Positions 28,726-38,684 of a stretch of DNA of 64,000 nucleotides are shown one piece after another (the first letter of the stretch is position 1; each line of letters begins with the position of its first letter). The stretch covers positions 240,419 to 304,418 of the forward strand of contig JAYPJF010000001.1 in assembly GCA_038128225.1 (NCBI GenBank). The letters run 5' to 3'. Both the position numbers and the translations under genes were made by a program. Origin of the DNA: a bacterium. GTDB lineage: Bacteria; Patescibacteriota; Minisyncoccia; Phycocordibacterales; UBA2100. Under the pieces are notes generated by a model. It made no database searches. It saw nothing but the letters and a program-made list of their open reading frames with translations, and was not told the origin of the DNA.

Positions 28726-28765
28726 CAAGTTACCCTCGCGCAAGTGGCGGGGGTAATTTGTTTTT
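28726..28765 (+). terminator. Terminator after rplK
   Basis: TTACCCTCGC..GCGGGGGTAA stem followed by TTTGTTTTT. Confidence 0.7.
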
Positions 28766-28807
28766 GGGATTATGGTGTGGGGTATAAGTACAAAGAAGGA
28801 GAGCACG

Positions 28808-29725
28808 ATGAAACAGTATCTTGAGCTCTTACGGCATGTGCGAGAACGCGGTGTGTTCAAAGGAGATCGAACTGGAACCGGAACGTTGAGTGTTTTCGGT
28901 TATCAGTTCCGCCATCATCTCGAAGAAGGGTTTCCGCTTCTTACGACCAAGAAGGTCCCGTTTCGTCTCATTGTAGAAGAACTTCTTTGGTTCGTCGCGG
29001 GAGACACGCAGCTGCGGTCACTCGTGCAGAGAGATGTTCATATTTGGGACGAGTGGCCCTATAAGGCGTACCTTGTACGCAATGGGCAACCCATTCCCGC
29101 GACGAGTTCCGCAGAATGGGAGCAAGGAATCAAAGAGTTCACAGAGCGAATCAAGAACGACGCAGTGTTTGCCGATACGTATGGCGACCTCGGACCTGTT
29201 TACGGATATCAATGGCGATGCTGGCGAACTGCCAACGGGCAAGCGATTGATCAATTGCGCACTGTGGTGGAGCAGATCAAAGCAAACCCAAATTCGCGGC
29301 GACTTATCGTCTCGGCTTGGAATCCGGGCGATATTGAAGAGATGGCTAAGGCGGGGCTGCCACCATGCCACTGTCTCTTCCAGTTTTACGTCGCGGAAGG
29401 GAAATTGTCGTGCCAGTTGTACCAACGGTCGGCAGACGTATTCCTTGGGGTGCCGTTTAATATCGCAAGTTATGCACTCCTCACCATGATGATTGCGCAG
29501 GTGTGCGGTCTTCAGGTGGGAGAATTCGTGCATACGTTTGGCGACGTCCACATGTACCTCAACCATGGGGCGCAAGTCGACTTGCAGCTTTCGCGGACGC
29601 CAAAAGCGCTTCCGAAGGTGCTGCTTGATCCGAGTATTCGCGACATCGATGCGTTTCGTTTCGAGCATTTTGTGCTCGAAGGGTACGATCCGCATTTGGC
29701 CATCAAAGCACCGATTGCGGTGTGA
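28808..29725 (+). CDS. thyA: Thymidylate synthase
   Basis: [30 protein letters not shown] and [18 protein letters not shown] motifs; AAGGAG RBS. Confidence 0.98.
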   Translation: MKQYLELLRHVRERGVFKGDRTGTGTLSVFGYQFRHHLEEGFPLLTTKKVPFRLIVEELLWFVAGDTQLRSLVQRDVHIWDEWPYKAYLVRNGQPIPATSSAEWEQGIKEFTERIKNDAVFADTYGDLGPVYGYQWRCWRTANGQAIDQLRTVVEQIKANPNSRRLIVSAWNPGDIEEMAKAGLPPCHCLFQFYVAEGKLSCQLYQRSADVFLGVPFNIASYALLTMMIAQVCGLQVGEFVHTFGDVHMYLNHGAQVDLQLSRTPKALPKVLLDPSIRDIDAFRFEHFVLEGYDPHLAIKAPIAV

Positions 29726-29743
29726 TAATGACACAAAAGAAAA

Positions 29744-29766
29744 GCGCCGGAGACAAGCTCCGGCGC
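29744..29766. terminator. Bidirectional terminator between thyA and folA
   Basis: GCGCCGGAG-acaag-CTCCGGCGC stem. Confidence 0.7.
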
Positions 29767-29770
29767 CTTG

Positions 29771-30286
29771 TTATTTCCTGTCCCAAATACGATAGACCAC
29801 TTTTGGTTCGCGCGCCATGTGTGTGGTGATGGTAAGGTTGCAGTGCCACTGGTCCTGATCCCATGGAGGAAAGTAGGTGTCTCCAGGCTCGTCGACACTT
29901 ATCTCACTCAGATGCATACGAGTGGCGACACGAAGTCCCTCTTCGTACACGGAAACTCCTCCAGCGATAAGAACTTCACTCGATCGGTTGGCAAGCCTCA
30001 GAGCCTCCTCAAATGTCGCAGCGGTTGTGTAATCTTCGTTATGAAGTATCCGCGAGCGTGTAAGTACAATAAAGCGCCTCCCGCCCGGTACTTTTTCGTT
30101 ATTGTGACGTCGTATCGATTCAAATGTCTTACGCCCTACAATTACGTCTTTACCCATAGTGATCCGTTTAAAGCGGCGTAAGTCACTTGGCACGCACCAG
30201 GGGAGTGTACCAGCGCGTCCGATGACGCCTTTTGTACTATGCGCCGCAACAATCACTATGCGTTTGCTTTGAGATACCTTGTACAT
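29771..30286 (-). CDS. folA: Dihydrofolate reductase
   Basis: VIG..GTLPW..PSDLRRFK..T..VIVGRKTFESI, IAGGVSVY and GDTYFP motifs; GAGGAG RBS. Confidence 0.95.
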   Translation of the reverse strand: MYKVSQSKRIVIVAAHSTKGVIGRAGTLPWCVPSDLRRFKRITMGKDVIVGRKTFESIRRHNNEKVPGGRRFIVLTRSRILHNEDYTTAATFEEALRLANRSSEVLIAGGVSVYEEGLRVATRMHLSEISVDEPGDTYFPPWDQDQWHCNLTITTHMAREPKVVYRIWDRK

Positions 30287-30423
30287 CGCGCGGTCTCCTC
30301 AAGCTGCTGACTCGCCGCACTGTAAAACAGTCAGAGGATAGTGCAAGTACAATAGAACTGACCTTGTGTGCAATGCGAGTGAGCTGATACAACTAGCACA
30401 GACTGTTCTTAAGGAGGAAAGCT

Positions 30424-31527
30424 ATGGTGTTACCACGACAGTATCTGTACGATCTCGCGTTTGGCAAACAGCCTATGATTAAGGCCGACAGTGGCCTGAA
30501 AGCAGAACAGGTACAAATCGCGTCGGTGGATTGTACGCTGCGAGGGCCAGCGTACCGCGTCCGTGCCGCGGAGCTTCCACAGCAAGAGACGGTACAAGAA
30601 CTGATCGAACGCAATCGTTGGTACGACTTCAGTCTTACCGGTGATCGCACACACGTGCTTGAGCGTGGAGCGACGTACATTATTCCGCTCGCTGAATCAC
30701 TGGCGCTCCCTGATGATATGTGGGCAGAGTTCTCGCCCAAAAGCTCAACGGGGCGGTGCGACGTGTTCGTGCGAGTTCTTACTGATCGGTATGCGCACTA
30801 TGACCGCACCGCAGTGGGGTATCGAGGACGCTTGTATCTTGAAATCACTCCACTGTCGTTCAATGTGCGGGTACAACAAGGTTTGTCGCTTACGCAGTTT
30901 CGTGTACGCTCGCAAACAAGCAGGCGTGTAACACGAGAAGAGTTGATGCGATTTCATGCACGCTACGGCATCATGCGCGATCGTGACGGTGTGCCACTTC
31001 CGCATGAGGCACTGCGGGCAAACGGCGGAGGTCTTTACTATCACGTTGATCTTGATCGCGTGATAGTGGGGTTTGAGTCTCTTGCGAGCCCCGGTGAAGA
31101 GTTGGATCTTACCCAAGATGCAGTGCATGATCCAGACGATTTTTGGCGACCAATTGTGCGGCCAAAAGATAGGCGGCTCATCTTAACCCCCGGACACTTC
31201 TATCTTCTCGCAACGGCTGAACGCACCGTTATTCCTCCGGAGATTTGTGGCCAGATTTTGCCGTATGAAATTTCCTCAGGAGAGTTTCGGCCTCACTACG
31301 CTGGGTTTTTCGACAACGGGTTTGGTGGCGAAGGCGGAACCGTGGGGGTGCTCGAAGTGCGTTGTAGGGATGTCCCTTGCTCACTTCGGCATGGGCACCC
31401 GGTATGCCGTATGGATTTCGAGTTCACTACTGAAGTACCGGAGATGCTCTACAAAGGGAATTACACTGGTTCAGGTCCCTCGCTCTCAAAGCACTTCAAG
31501 CGACGCTATGAAGTGTGGGGTTCGTGA
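30424..31527 (+). CDS. dcd: dCTP deaminase, long two-domain type as in Alphaproteobacteria
   Basis: QIASVDCTL, PKSSTGR.DVFVRV, GRLYLEITP and GEFRPHYAGFFDNGFG..GVLEVR motifs; AAGGAGG RBS. Confidence 0.9.
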   Translation: MVLPRQYLYDLAFGKQPMIKADSGLKAEQVQIASVDCTLRGPAYRVRAAELPQQETVQELIERNRWYDFSLTGDRTHVLERGATYIIPLAESLALPDDMWAEFSPKSSTGRCDVFVRVLTDRYAHYDRTAVGYRGRLYLEITPLSFNVRVQQGLSLTQFRVRSQTSRRVTREELMRFHARYGIMRDRDGVPLPHEALRANGGGLYYHVDLDRVIVGFESLASPGEELDLTQDAVHDPDDFWRPIVRPKDRRLILTPGHFYLLATAERTVIPPEICGQILPYEISSGEFRPHYAGFFDNGFGGEGGTVGVLEVRCRDVPCSLRHGHPVCRMDFEFTTEVPEMLYKGNYTGSGPSLSKHFKRRYEVWGS

Positions 31528-31533
31528 ATTTTG

Positions 31534-31563
31534 ACCGCCGGCTTTTCGGAGCCGGCGGTTTTT
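31534..31563. terminator. Terminator with UUCG loop
   Basis: ACCGCCGGCTT-TTCG-GAGCCGGCGGT followed by Ts. Confidence 0.8.
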
Positions 31564-32236
31564 ACGCTTGCTGAAATTCGTATTCTTCAAACACCAACCC
31601 TTTTCCGGGGCGTTTTGCAATTTGCAGGACCTCATTCACCCCCGGCATGGTATTTTCTTTGAGCAGCTCTGTTTCCGAGATCCATCGCACTTTGCCAAAA
31701 GGAGGATCTTGAAGCAGTGCTCCTTTGGGGGTGGTTACCAAAAACACATGGGCAAGCGTGTGGGAAATCACTTCATTTTTTGGATCAGTGGTAAGCAAGT
31801 AGGCGATCCCTTTTTGTATTAATGTTCCGCTTAGCCCCGTTTTCTCTTTAAGTTCTCGCTCAGCCGCTTTCTGAATCTGCTCACCGAGATGGATTTTTCC
31901 ATAGGGAAATCCAATCATACCGAGAAAAGGCAGTTTGTTGCGGGTGTACACTGCATAGTGTCCGCGACTATTTTTACACACGAGCAGTGTGACGATTTTT
32001 GGTTGAATGCGCACGAAGAAATGTTCAAGATTCACATTCGTACAGTGACGCACGCCTTTTGTCGACAGTGCGTACCCTGAATCTTTTTTGAGGACGTACC
32101 CCTTTTTTATAAGCGACTTGAGGTGATAACTAAACTGATTGCCTTCAATGTGTGCCGGCTTGAGTTGTGAGTAGGCGAGCGAGCGATTCATGCACAGTGC
32201 TTTAAGTACCTGCTTTTGAATAACGTGAAGTGACAT
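31562..32236 (-). CDS. Winged-helix + NUDIX domain protein (possible nucleotide-sensing regulator)
   Basis: N-terminal HTH (FSYHLKSLIKKGYV..Y.LS.KG) and NUDIX box GKIHLGEQIQKAAERELKEKTGL. Confidence 0.85.
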   Translation of the reverse strand: MSLHVIQKQVLKALCMNRSLAYSQLKPAHIEGNQFSYHLKSLIKKGYVLKKDSGYALSTKGVRHCTNVNLEHFFVRIQPKIVTLLVCKNSRGHYAVYTRNKLPFLGMIGFPYGKIHLGEQIQKAAERELKEKTGLSGTLIQKGIAYLLTTDPKNEVISHTLAHVFLVTTPKGALLQDPPFGKVRWISETELLKENTMPGVNEVLQIAKRPGKGLVFEEYEFQQA

Positions 32237-32370
32237 GGGCGAAGCGTAGCGCGAGAGGGGTTTGAGTCAAGGCAACGAAAGTTGACTCAATACGGTAATG
32301 ACGCAAACCTACTTGTCTTTTTCTCAGATGAACGGTTTGCAATAGTACGCATGGGTTCTTTATCACGGAG

Positions 32371-32763
32371 GTGACAATGCGTTCGGTCGCAGGACTTTTC
32401 ACCATCAGTAATAAAAAAATCCCGAGAACGTTGCTTGTGTTTAAAAATGGATTTTGGTTTTTTCCTGGTGGCAAACAAGAAGTGGGAGAGTCGTTGCTCG
32501 AAACACTTGCGCGTGAAGTGTCCGAAGAGCTCGCGCTCAGTTTTGCGTGTATACCGACGCTTTTGCACCAAGGGGTATTTACCGTGGCACGGGAGGAACA
32601 GTATCGATTCTATACGTTTTCGTGTGATTCTGAACACCTGGTCGGAGTCCCGACTTTACGACCAGCCGATACTGTAAAAGCGTGGGCCTGGGTCGACGAG
32701 CCGCTGAGCCTGAATCTAACGTCCCACGCACGATTCATCGTTTCCGAGTTTGGAGTGTGGTGA
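32371..32763 (+). CDS. NUDIX hydrolase
   Basis: FPGGKQEVGESLLETLAREVSEEL is a complete NUDIX box; GGAGG upstream. Confidence 0.9.
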   Translation: MTMRSVAGLFTISNKKIPRTLLVFKNGFWFFPGGKQEVGESLLETLAREVSEELALSFACIPTLLHQGVFTVAREEQYRFYTFSCDSEHLVGVPTLRPADTVKAWAWVDEPLSLNLTSHARFIVSEFGVW

Positions 32764-32767
32764 TCAT

Positions 32768-32793
32768 TGCGGCCACTCTGTGGCCGCACTTTA
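32768..32793 (+). terminator. Terminator after NUDIX gene
   Basis: TGCGGCCAC-tct-GTGGCCGCA followed by CTTTT. Confidence 0.7.
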
Positions 32794-32850
32794 CTGGTCT
32801 AACGTACCGAGTATTATGCGCACAGAAACAATAGGAATAAGGAGCCAACT

Positions 32851-33486
32851 ATGCACAAGGGCGCGCTGGTAGTTTTTGATGGAGGCGAAGGAAGTGGTAA
32901 GAGCACGGTGTGTGCTTCGGTAGCGAGCCTTTTAAATGGCTGTGTCGTGCGTACCCGGGAACCAGGAGGAACGGCGTATGCTGAGCGCATTCGTGAGTTG
33001 ATTCTCGATCCGACCGCGGGCAAACAGAGTCCCGAGACGATGTTTGGTTTGTTCTGGGCGGCGCGCGCGGCGCATATACAACAGCTACTTGTCCCGAAAC
33101 TTGAGGAAGGGAAAGTAGTCGTGTGTGATCGTTTTGATTCGTCTACATGGGCATATCAAATCCGAGGACAAGAGCAAAACCAGCTTGTCCAGTTATTCTG
33201 GGTCATGCGCGAGCACTATCTTAAGCCGTTGAAGAACTGGGCGATTCACTACATCATTTGCGATGTCGACCCACGTATTGGGCTCGCGCGCGTACAAAAT
33301 CGAGGTGGTGCCGCGACTCATTTTGACGCGCGAGAACTCGAATTTCATGAGCGCGTGCGCGCTGGTTTTCTCGAGTTTGCCCACTGGAATGATCCAGAGA
33401 TTGCACACACTATCATTAATGCGAATCATCCCGCCGAAATGGTGCGCGACACAGCGACGGAGTGTGTGCGTGATGTTATGAGGTAG
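32851..33486 (+). CDS. tmk: Thymidylate kinase
   Basis: FDGGEGSGKST P-loop, TREPGGT, VVCDRFDSSTWAYQ and FHERVRAGF motifs. Confidence 0.96.
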   Translation: MHKGALVVFDGGEGSGKSTVCASVASLLNGCVVRTREPGGTAYAERIRELILDPTAGKQSPETMFGLFWAARAAHIQQLLVPKLEEGKVVVCDRFDSSTWAYQIRGQEQNQLVQLFWVMREHYLKPLKNWAIHYIICDVDPRIGLARVQNRGGAATHFDARELEFHERVRAGFLEFAHWNDPEIAHTIINANHPAEMVRDTATECVRDVMR

Positions 33487-33488
33487 AG

Positions 33489-33520
33489 AAGCGCCGCTGC
33501 GAGACAGCGGCGCTTTTTTT
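33489..33520 (+). terminator. Terminator after tmk
   Basis: AAGCGCCGCTG-cgaga-CAGCGGCGCTT followed by a T run. Confidence 0.85.
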
Positions 33521-33536
33521 GTGCATACTCTCATAT

Positions 33537-35201
33537 ATGGAACTTTTAATGATGGTACGGAAAGAAATAGAGCGCGCATGCGGGGCGCTTGGCGTCACGG
33601 CATTAGTGGAACTGGAGCACGCGCAAGACCTACAACATGGGGACCTTACTACCAATATTGCGCTCGTTGCTGCTAAGGACGCGGGGAAATCACCACGCGA
33701 GCTCGCACAACACATCATCCAGAATCTCGCTCCTATTGAAGGAATTGAGCGTGCAGACATCGCTGGTCCTGGGTTCATCAACTTCAGATTTTCGCAAGAG
33801 TATATACATACCCAGGTCACGCACATACTTTCGGACCCTACCACCTGGGGTAGGATTTCAGAACAAACTGGTGAAACTATCATGGTCGAGTTTACCGACC
33901 CGAATCCTTTCAAAGCATTCCATATCGGACACCTTATGTCGAATACTATCGGTGAAGCAATTGCACGTACACTAGAAAACGCGGGCGCAAAAGTAATCCG
34001 AGCAAATTACCAGGGTGACGTTGGGGTACATATCGCGTGCGCACTGTGGGGCATCCAGCAGTTGGGAATTGATCCGCACACTGCGGATGAATTTGGACGC
34101 GCGTACGCTCGTGGCGCGACTGCGTACAAGGAAAACCAAGAAGCAAAAAAAGAAATTGATTTGATCAACAAGAAACTCTATGAGCGAAGCGATCCGGTAC
34201 TTAATGAAGTGTATGATACGGGGCGGACGCACTCGCTCGAAGCGTTCGAGCGTATTTACGGAATTCTCGGAACCAAATTCGATCATTATTTTTTTGAAAG
34301 CGAAGTAGCCGCGGTTGGTAAAGCAATTATTGAGGCGCATCCAGGTATTTTTATTGAATCCGATGGCGCACGTATTTTCAAAGGAGAAGAATACGGGTTA
34401 CATACGCGTGTTTTTCTTAACAACAAAGGATTGCCCACGTACGAGGCGAAAGAGCTTGGTCTTGAAAAAACCAAGATGGACCTTTACCCCGATACAACGC
34501 GTATGCTTGTGGTTACTGCACACGAAATCGTCGAATATTTTAAAGTGCTCAAAAAAGCGATGGAGCTCGTGTATCCAGACATTGCAGAGAAGCTTATGCA
34601 TGTACCGCACGGCATGATGAGGCTCGCCTCGGGGAAAATGAGCTCGCGGACGGGAAACGTGGTTACGGGTGAAGTGCTCATTGCCGCACTTACTGATGCT
34701 GCACGCGAACGTGCAAAAGATAGTCGAGCTGACGATCCAGAAAGACTCGCGCAGGAAGTTGCTGTTGCGGCAATAAAGTATCAAATCTTGAAGCAAGGGA
34801 TGCAAAAAGACATTATCTTTAACGAAGAGCAAGCGCTTTCGCTTGAGGGGGATTCAGGGCCATACCTCCAATACACACACGCGCGGACTCGTGCACTTTT
34901 ACGAAAAGCGAACGAACAACACGTAACACCAGACGCTCACCATGTGGTCTCGGGGAACGAGATTGTACGCCGTGCATTGCAATTCCCGTATGTCGCAAAG
35001 CGCAGCGCAACAGAGCTTGCGCCGCACTACATTGCGCAGTTCGCGACACTACTGGCGGGCCAGTTTAATACGTGGTACTCACAAGAACAGATTCTCGATA
35101 CTGACGATACGAGGCATAAAATTGCTGTGGTTAGTGTAGTGGCAGAAACACTCAAGAACGCTCTGTACATGCTCGGGATTAAAGGACCAGAAACGATGTA
35201 G
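33537..35201 (+). CDS. argS: Arginine--tRNA ligase
   Basis: AGPGFINF, VEFTDPNPFK.FHIGH, KMSSRTG and GPYLQYTHAR motifs; C-terminal M. Confidence 0.97.
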   Translation: MELLMMVRKEIERACGALGVTALVELEHAQDLQHGDLTTNIALVAAKDAGKSPRELAQHIIQNLAPIEGIERADIAGPGFINFRFSQEYIHTQVTHILSDPTTWGRISEQTGETIMVEFTDPNPFKAFHIGHLMSNTIGEAIARTLENAGAKVIRANYQGDVGVHIACALWGIQQLGIDPHTADEFGRAYARGATAYKENQEAKKEIDLINKKLYERSDPVLNEVYDTGRTHSLEAFERIYGILGTKFDHYFFESEVAAVGKAIIEAHPGIFIESDGARIFKGEEYGLHTRVFLNNKGLPTYEAKELGLEKTKMDLYPDTTRMLVVTAHEIVEYFKVLKKAMELVYPDIAEKLMHVPHGMMRLASGKMSSRTGNVVTGEVLIAALTDAARERAKDSRADDPERLAQEVAVAAIKYQILKQGMQKDIIFNEEQALSLEGDSGPYLQYTHARTRALLRKANEQHVTPDAHHVVSGNEIVRRALQFPYVAKRSATELAPHYIAQFATLLAGQFNTWYSQEQILDTDDTRHKIAVVSVVAETLKNALYMLGIKGPETM

Positions 35202-35213
35202 TAAGCTACTGAG

Positions 35214-36758
35214 GTGGCATGGTACTGGTATACCCTCACAAGCGCGGCGGCCTTGTTTTTTGCATTCCTAACGCCACTGTACGCTCAGATATTTGCATGT
35301 ATCGGAATCGCGCTCTTCGCAGCGCCTCTTGATCGAGAGGTGGTTCCTAAAAGGGCAACGATCCACTGCGTTGTTGTTGCGACGGTAAGTGCAGCGGGTT
35401 CAATGTTCTGGTTTTGGGACACGCTTCCACTTACGTGGTTGGGTATATCGCATACTGCACAAGCAGTGCTTGTTGTTGGCATTACGTGGGTGATTTTGAG
35501 TATAACGTTTGGTTTGGGGTTTCTGCTTTTTCGCGCGCTTTTTTCTATCGGAAGAAGTGGCACTTGGGTCGATGTTCCATTTTTTAGCTCATTGTGGGTG
35601 ACAAGTGAGTATCTTGGGATGTGGTTATTTGCGCTTGTATCTCTCGGGCCGGGCATTTCTCTTGAACCGCATTTTAGTTTTGCTTTTGTTGGGTATCTTT
35701 TTGCAGAAAGCCCCTTTGCGTTACCGATCGCGGCATGGGGAGGAGTGTATGCACTGAGCGCGCTTGCGACATGTGCGGGGTTTATATGTGCGCGCGCCTA
35801 TACTTCATTTTGGTATAGCGCTACAGCCGCGGTACTCTTCGTCTGTTTCGTGTGGGCAGGCGCCCCTGAGCACCCCGCGAGTATTGCGGCCCACACACAA
35901 TCACTTGCGGTGCTACACACAAACATCCCGGCTCGTGCAGAGGTTGAGTCAGGCTCTCTAGAAGTCGAACGGTTGCGAGAGCTTATTGAGGAAGCTCAGC
36001 AAACAAACCCTGATCTTATTGTGGTTCCTGAAGATATTCGCCTTTTTCAGCATATCGAAAAGTTTTTTTTGAACACAGGCCCTATCCCCACGATTGGATC
36101 AACACGCACTTTTATTGAACCACCTCAAGAGCGGTTGTGGGAATATACACGCGATGGAGCACAGCTCACGCGCGCAAAGTTCTTACTGCTACCATACGGT
36201 GAGTATGTGCCATATCTCGGAGGCTTCATTGTGCATATGGTCGTAGGCGAACATGCTGTTCGGTTTGTGCAAGAAACACGAGCACAAGTGTCTGCTGATC
36301 GTGGCGACACAAGAGGCATCTTCGGTGCTTACACACGTTTTTGTTCCGAGATTCTGAGCCCTGTGTTATTCGTAGAAGACGCTCGTCGAGGTGCGCCTTT
36401 TTTATTACATCTCGCAAATTTCTCGTGGTTTCATGGGTCCGCGCTTTTGGAGCGGAGAATACTGTCTATGGCTCGCGTGCGTGCGGTGGAAGCTGACCGA
36501 TGGTTTATTTCTGCGGGCAACATAGGAGCGAGTTATGTGGTTGATGAACGAGGTGCGTTGGTTGCCAAGCGTTCCGACGAGGGAATTCTTCGTGTTGCCA
36601 TTCCGTCGCGTGCTTCAGAGACTTTGTATCAGCATGTGTACGTATACGTACCGTACTTTTTTCTTGTATATGTACTTGTCCACATAGTAATCATGACGCG
36701 CATGAGTGCGCGGTATACTGGGGCTACCTATGGACGAGAACAGCGCTCAGGTGAGTGA
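35214..36758 (+). CDS. lnt: Apolipoprotein N-acyltransferase-like protein
   Basis: Multi-TM N-terminus, GGVYALS, nitrilase triad VPE / K.LLLPYGEYVP / CSE, N.SWF and RAVE motifs. Confidence 0.82.
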   Translation: MAWYWYTLTSAAALFFAFLTPLYAQIFACIGIALFAAPLDREVVPKRATIHCVVVATVSAAGSMFWFWDTLPLTWLGISHTAQAVLVVGITWVILSITFGLGFLLFRALFSIGRSGTWVDVPFFSSLWVTSEYLGMWLFALVSLGPGISLEPHFSFAFVGYLFAESPFALPIAAWGGVYALSALATCAGFICARAYTSFWYSATAAVLFVCFVWAGAPEHPASIAAHTQSLAVLHTNIPARAEVESGSLEVERLRELIEEAQQTNPDLIVVPEDIRLFQHIEKFFLNTGPIPTIGSTRTFIEPPQERLWEYTRDGAQLTRAKFLLLPYGEYVPYLGGFIVHMVVGEHAVRFVQETRAQVSADRGDTRGIFGAYTRFCSEILSPVLFVEDARRGAPFLLHLANFSWFHGSALLERRILSMARVRAVEADRWFISAGNIGASYVVDERGALVAKRSDEGILRVAIPSRASETLYQHVYVYVPYFFLVYVLVHIVIMTRMSARYTGATYGREQRSGE

Positions 36759-37779
36759 CGCAAACCAGTCTAGTGCATGGATTTGGCTAGTGCTGGGTGT
36801 TGCAGCGCTCATTGGTATTTTTTATGTTGCAGGGTCCTCTGGGCCCAAAACGGATACTGCTGATGAAGATACGACCGCAGGGCACGGGCGCATCTATTTG
36901 TCATTAGTTCGGCCAAATGAGGAGCGTTTTTATCCGTACGTGATTGATGTCGCAAATCGAGAACTGCGCAAACTCGATGACGGAAGCGAGGCGATCATGC
37001 TTTTCCACAACTTCAGTGATGGGTTGGTGAGTTTTATCGGCACGACTGTTTCTGAGTATGAAAAAGAAAGAGGAGCTCTCAACAAAGCACTCCAATTTTA
37101 CGTCGCTCCTGCAACTGACCAGGATATTCCAACACTCGCGGACGCGGTGCGTGTCACAAATTCTGACCAGTATGCAAAACGGGCGCCGGATTTGTCACCT
37201 AACGGAGCGCAGTTATTGTACTCGGCCCTTCCACGGGAAGACTCGGTGATACTCGACGATGCGGAAGCGTGGGATGTATATATCGTTTCAACACAAGGGG
37301 GGAAGCCGGAGTTTGTAACACGGGGAATTTTTCCCAAGTGGCTCAACGATAGCCAGTTTGTGGTGCTAAAGAATGACGGCTTGCATATGTTTGATGTGCG
37401 CAGTGATACAGACGAGATATTGTGGGAAGTCGAAGGCGATATCGCGCTTTCGAACATGATGCTTCATGTTTCTGAAAATCGACGCGTCATTGCGTGGACC
37501 GCTCCAGACGCCGGGCTCTTGATGGTGCTGCGAATCCACTCACTCGATCCTCTTGAGGTTTCGGGAAACGAAATTTCTGAAGTCCATGGGTTTTGGCCGG
37601 TGGTTTCCCCTGATGGTGACTTTGTGGCGATTCAGGCGGTTGACTGGGGTGCACTCGAAACTGACCCAAGTCCTGAACTTCGCATCTATGATACTGCAAC
37701 CCTCACTCTCAAGGGAAGCACTGTTGATTTGAGCATGTTTGACCAGCAACGTATGTTCGTGACTGACTGGCGTGAGTAA
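36730..37779 (+). CDS. Membrane-anchored TolB-like beta-propeller protein
   Basis: N-terminal TM; PD40-like PDLSPNG and PVVSPDG motifs; ends in DW. Confidence 0.75.
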   Translation: MDENSAQVSDANQSSAWIWLVLGVAALIGIFYVAGSSGPKTDTADEDTTAGHGRIYLSLVRPNEERFYPYVIDVANRELRKLDDGSEAIMLFHNFSDGLVSFIGTTVSEYEKERGALNKALQFYVAPATDQDIPTLADAVRVTNSDQYAKRAPDLSPNGAQLLYSALPREDSVILDDAEAWDVYIVSTQGGKPEFVTRGIFPKWLNDSQFVVLKNDGLHMFDVRSDTDEILWEVEGDIALSNMMLHVSENRRVIAWTAPDAGLLMVLRIHSLDPLEVSGNEISEVHGFWPVVSPDGDFVAIQAVDWGALETDPSPELRIYDTATLTLKGSTVDLSMFDQQRMFVTDWRE

Positions 37780-37784
37780 CTGCT

Positions 37785-38684
37785 ATGAACGTGAAAAGTT
37801 TTCCCTTCGGGAACAAAAAGAGAACTGGCGCTCTTTTTTTTGCAGGCATAATTATTGTTTCGGGAATTTTAATCTGTACCGACCAGGTGTGGGCAGGCGG
37901 CGGGCCTAGCGGTGGTGGGCAAGGACCTAGTGACAGTGACCCGAATTCAGATCACGTAGGATGTGGCAACTCACACAGCCCTAATCCTGGGCGTGGTCGT
38001 GATCGCGACACTACCCCCATCGGTTGCAGAGGCAAAGACTGTGAAGGCCCGCGTACGCCCCCCGGAGGCGGAGGAGGGGGTGGTGGAGGAGGTGGCTCAA
38101 AACCAAAATCCCCACCAACAGCTTCACTTACCTGTGTTCCAGGAACAATCGACTCTGGCGAATCAGTGACACTCACGTGGCGCTGCCAAAACGCTTCATC
38201 AAGCTCGGGAACGAATTTTTCAACAGGTGGTGCGTTAACAGGAAACAAGGTTTTGCGCCCAACAAGCGCGATCACATACCAAGTTGAGTGTCGCGACGAT
38301 TCTCGTGTTGCGCGCGCATCGTGCCGCGTGAACGTATCTGACGTCAATGGTGACGACACGGGGTTTGTTGATGACATCGACGGCAGTGGAAGCGGTGGAG
38401 GTGGAAATGGTACAGGACTCGATTGGCAACTCGACATCACGGCAAGCCCGCTTCTGGTACAAGTCGGCGGTCAATCGCGAGTGAGTTGGACTTCTTCAAA
38501 CACCGAAAACTGCACTGCTTCTGGTCCAGGACTTTCATCAAACCAATCAAATGGAAGCGCAGACCTTACGATCACCGAAGAAAGCACCTACACACTTACC
38601 TGTGACACCACGCTCGGTGGCGGAGAAACTCTCGAAAGCGACAGTGTCACGGTGAAGATTATTCCGGTGTTTAGGGAACTTTAA
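37785..38684 (+). CDS. Secreted Gly-rich protein with two Cys-paired Ig-like domains (copy 1)
   Basis: Signal peptide, Gly-rich N-terminus, TLTWRC and VSWTS..C..YTLTC domains, C-terminal P.FRE. Confidence 0.85.
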   Translation: MNVKSFPFGNKKRTGALFFAGIIIVSGILICTDQVWAGGGPSGGGQGPSDSDPNSDHVGCGNSHSPNPGRGRDRDTTPIGCRGKDCEGPRTPPGGGGGGGGGGGSKPKSPPTASLTCVPGTIDSGESVTLTWRCQNASSSSGTNFSTGGALTGNKVLRPTSAITYQVECRDDSRVARASCRVNVSDVNGDDTGFVDDIDGSGSGGGGNGTGLDWQLDITASPLLVQVGGQSRVSWTSSNTENCTASGPGLSSNQSNGSADLTITEESTYTLTCDTTLGGGETLESDSVTVKIIPVFREL

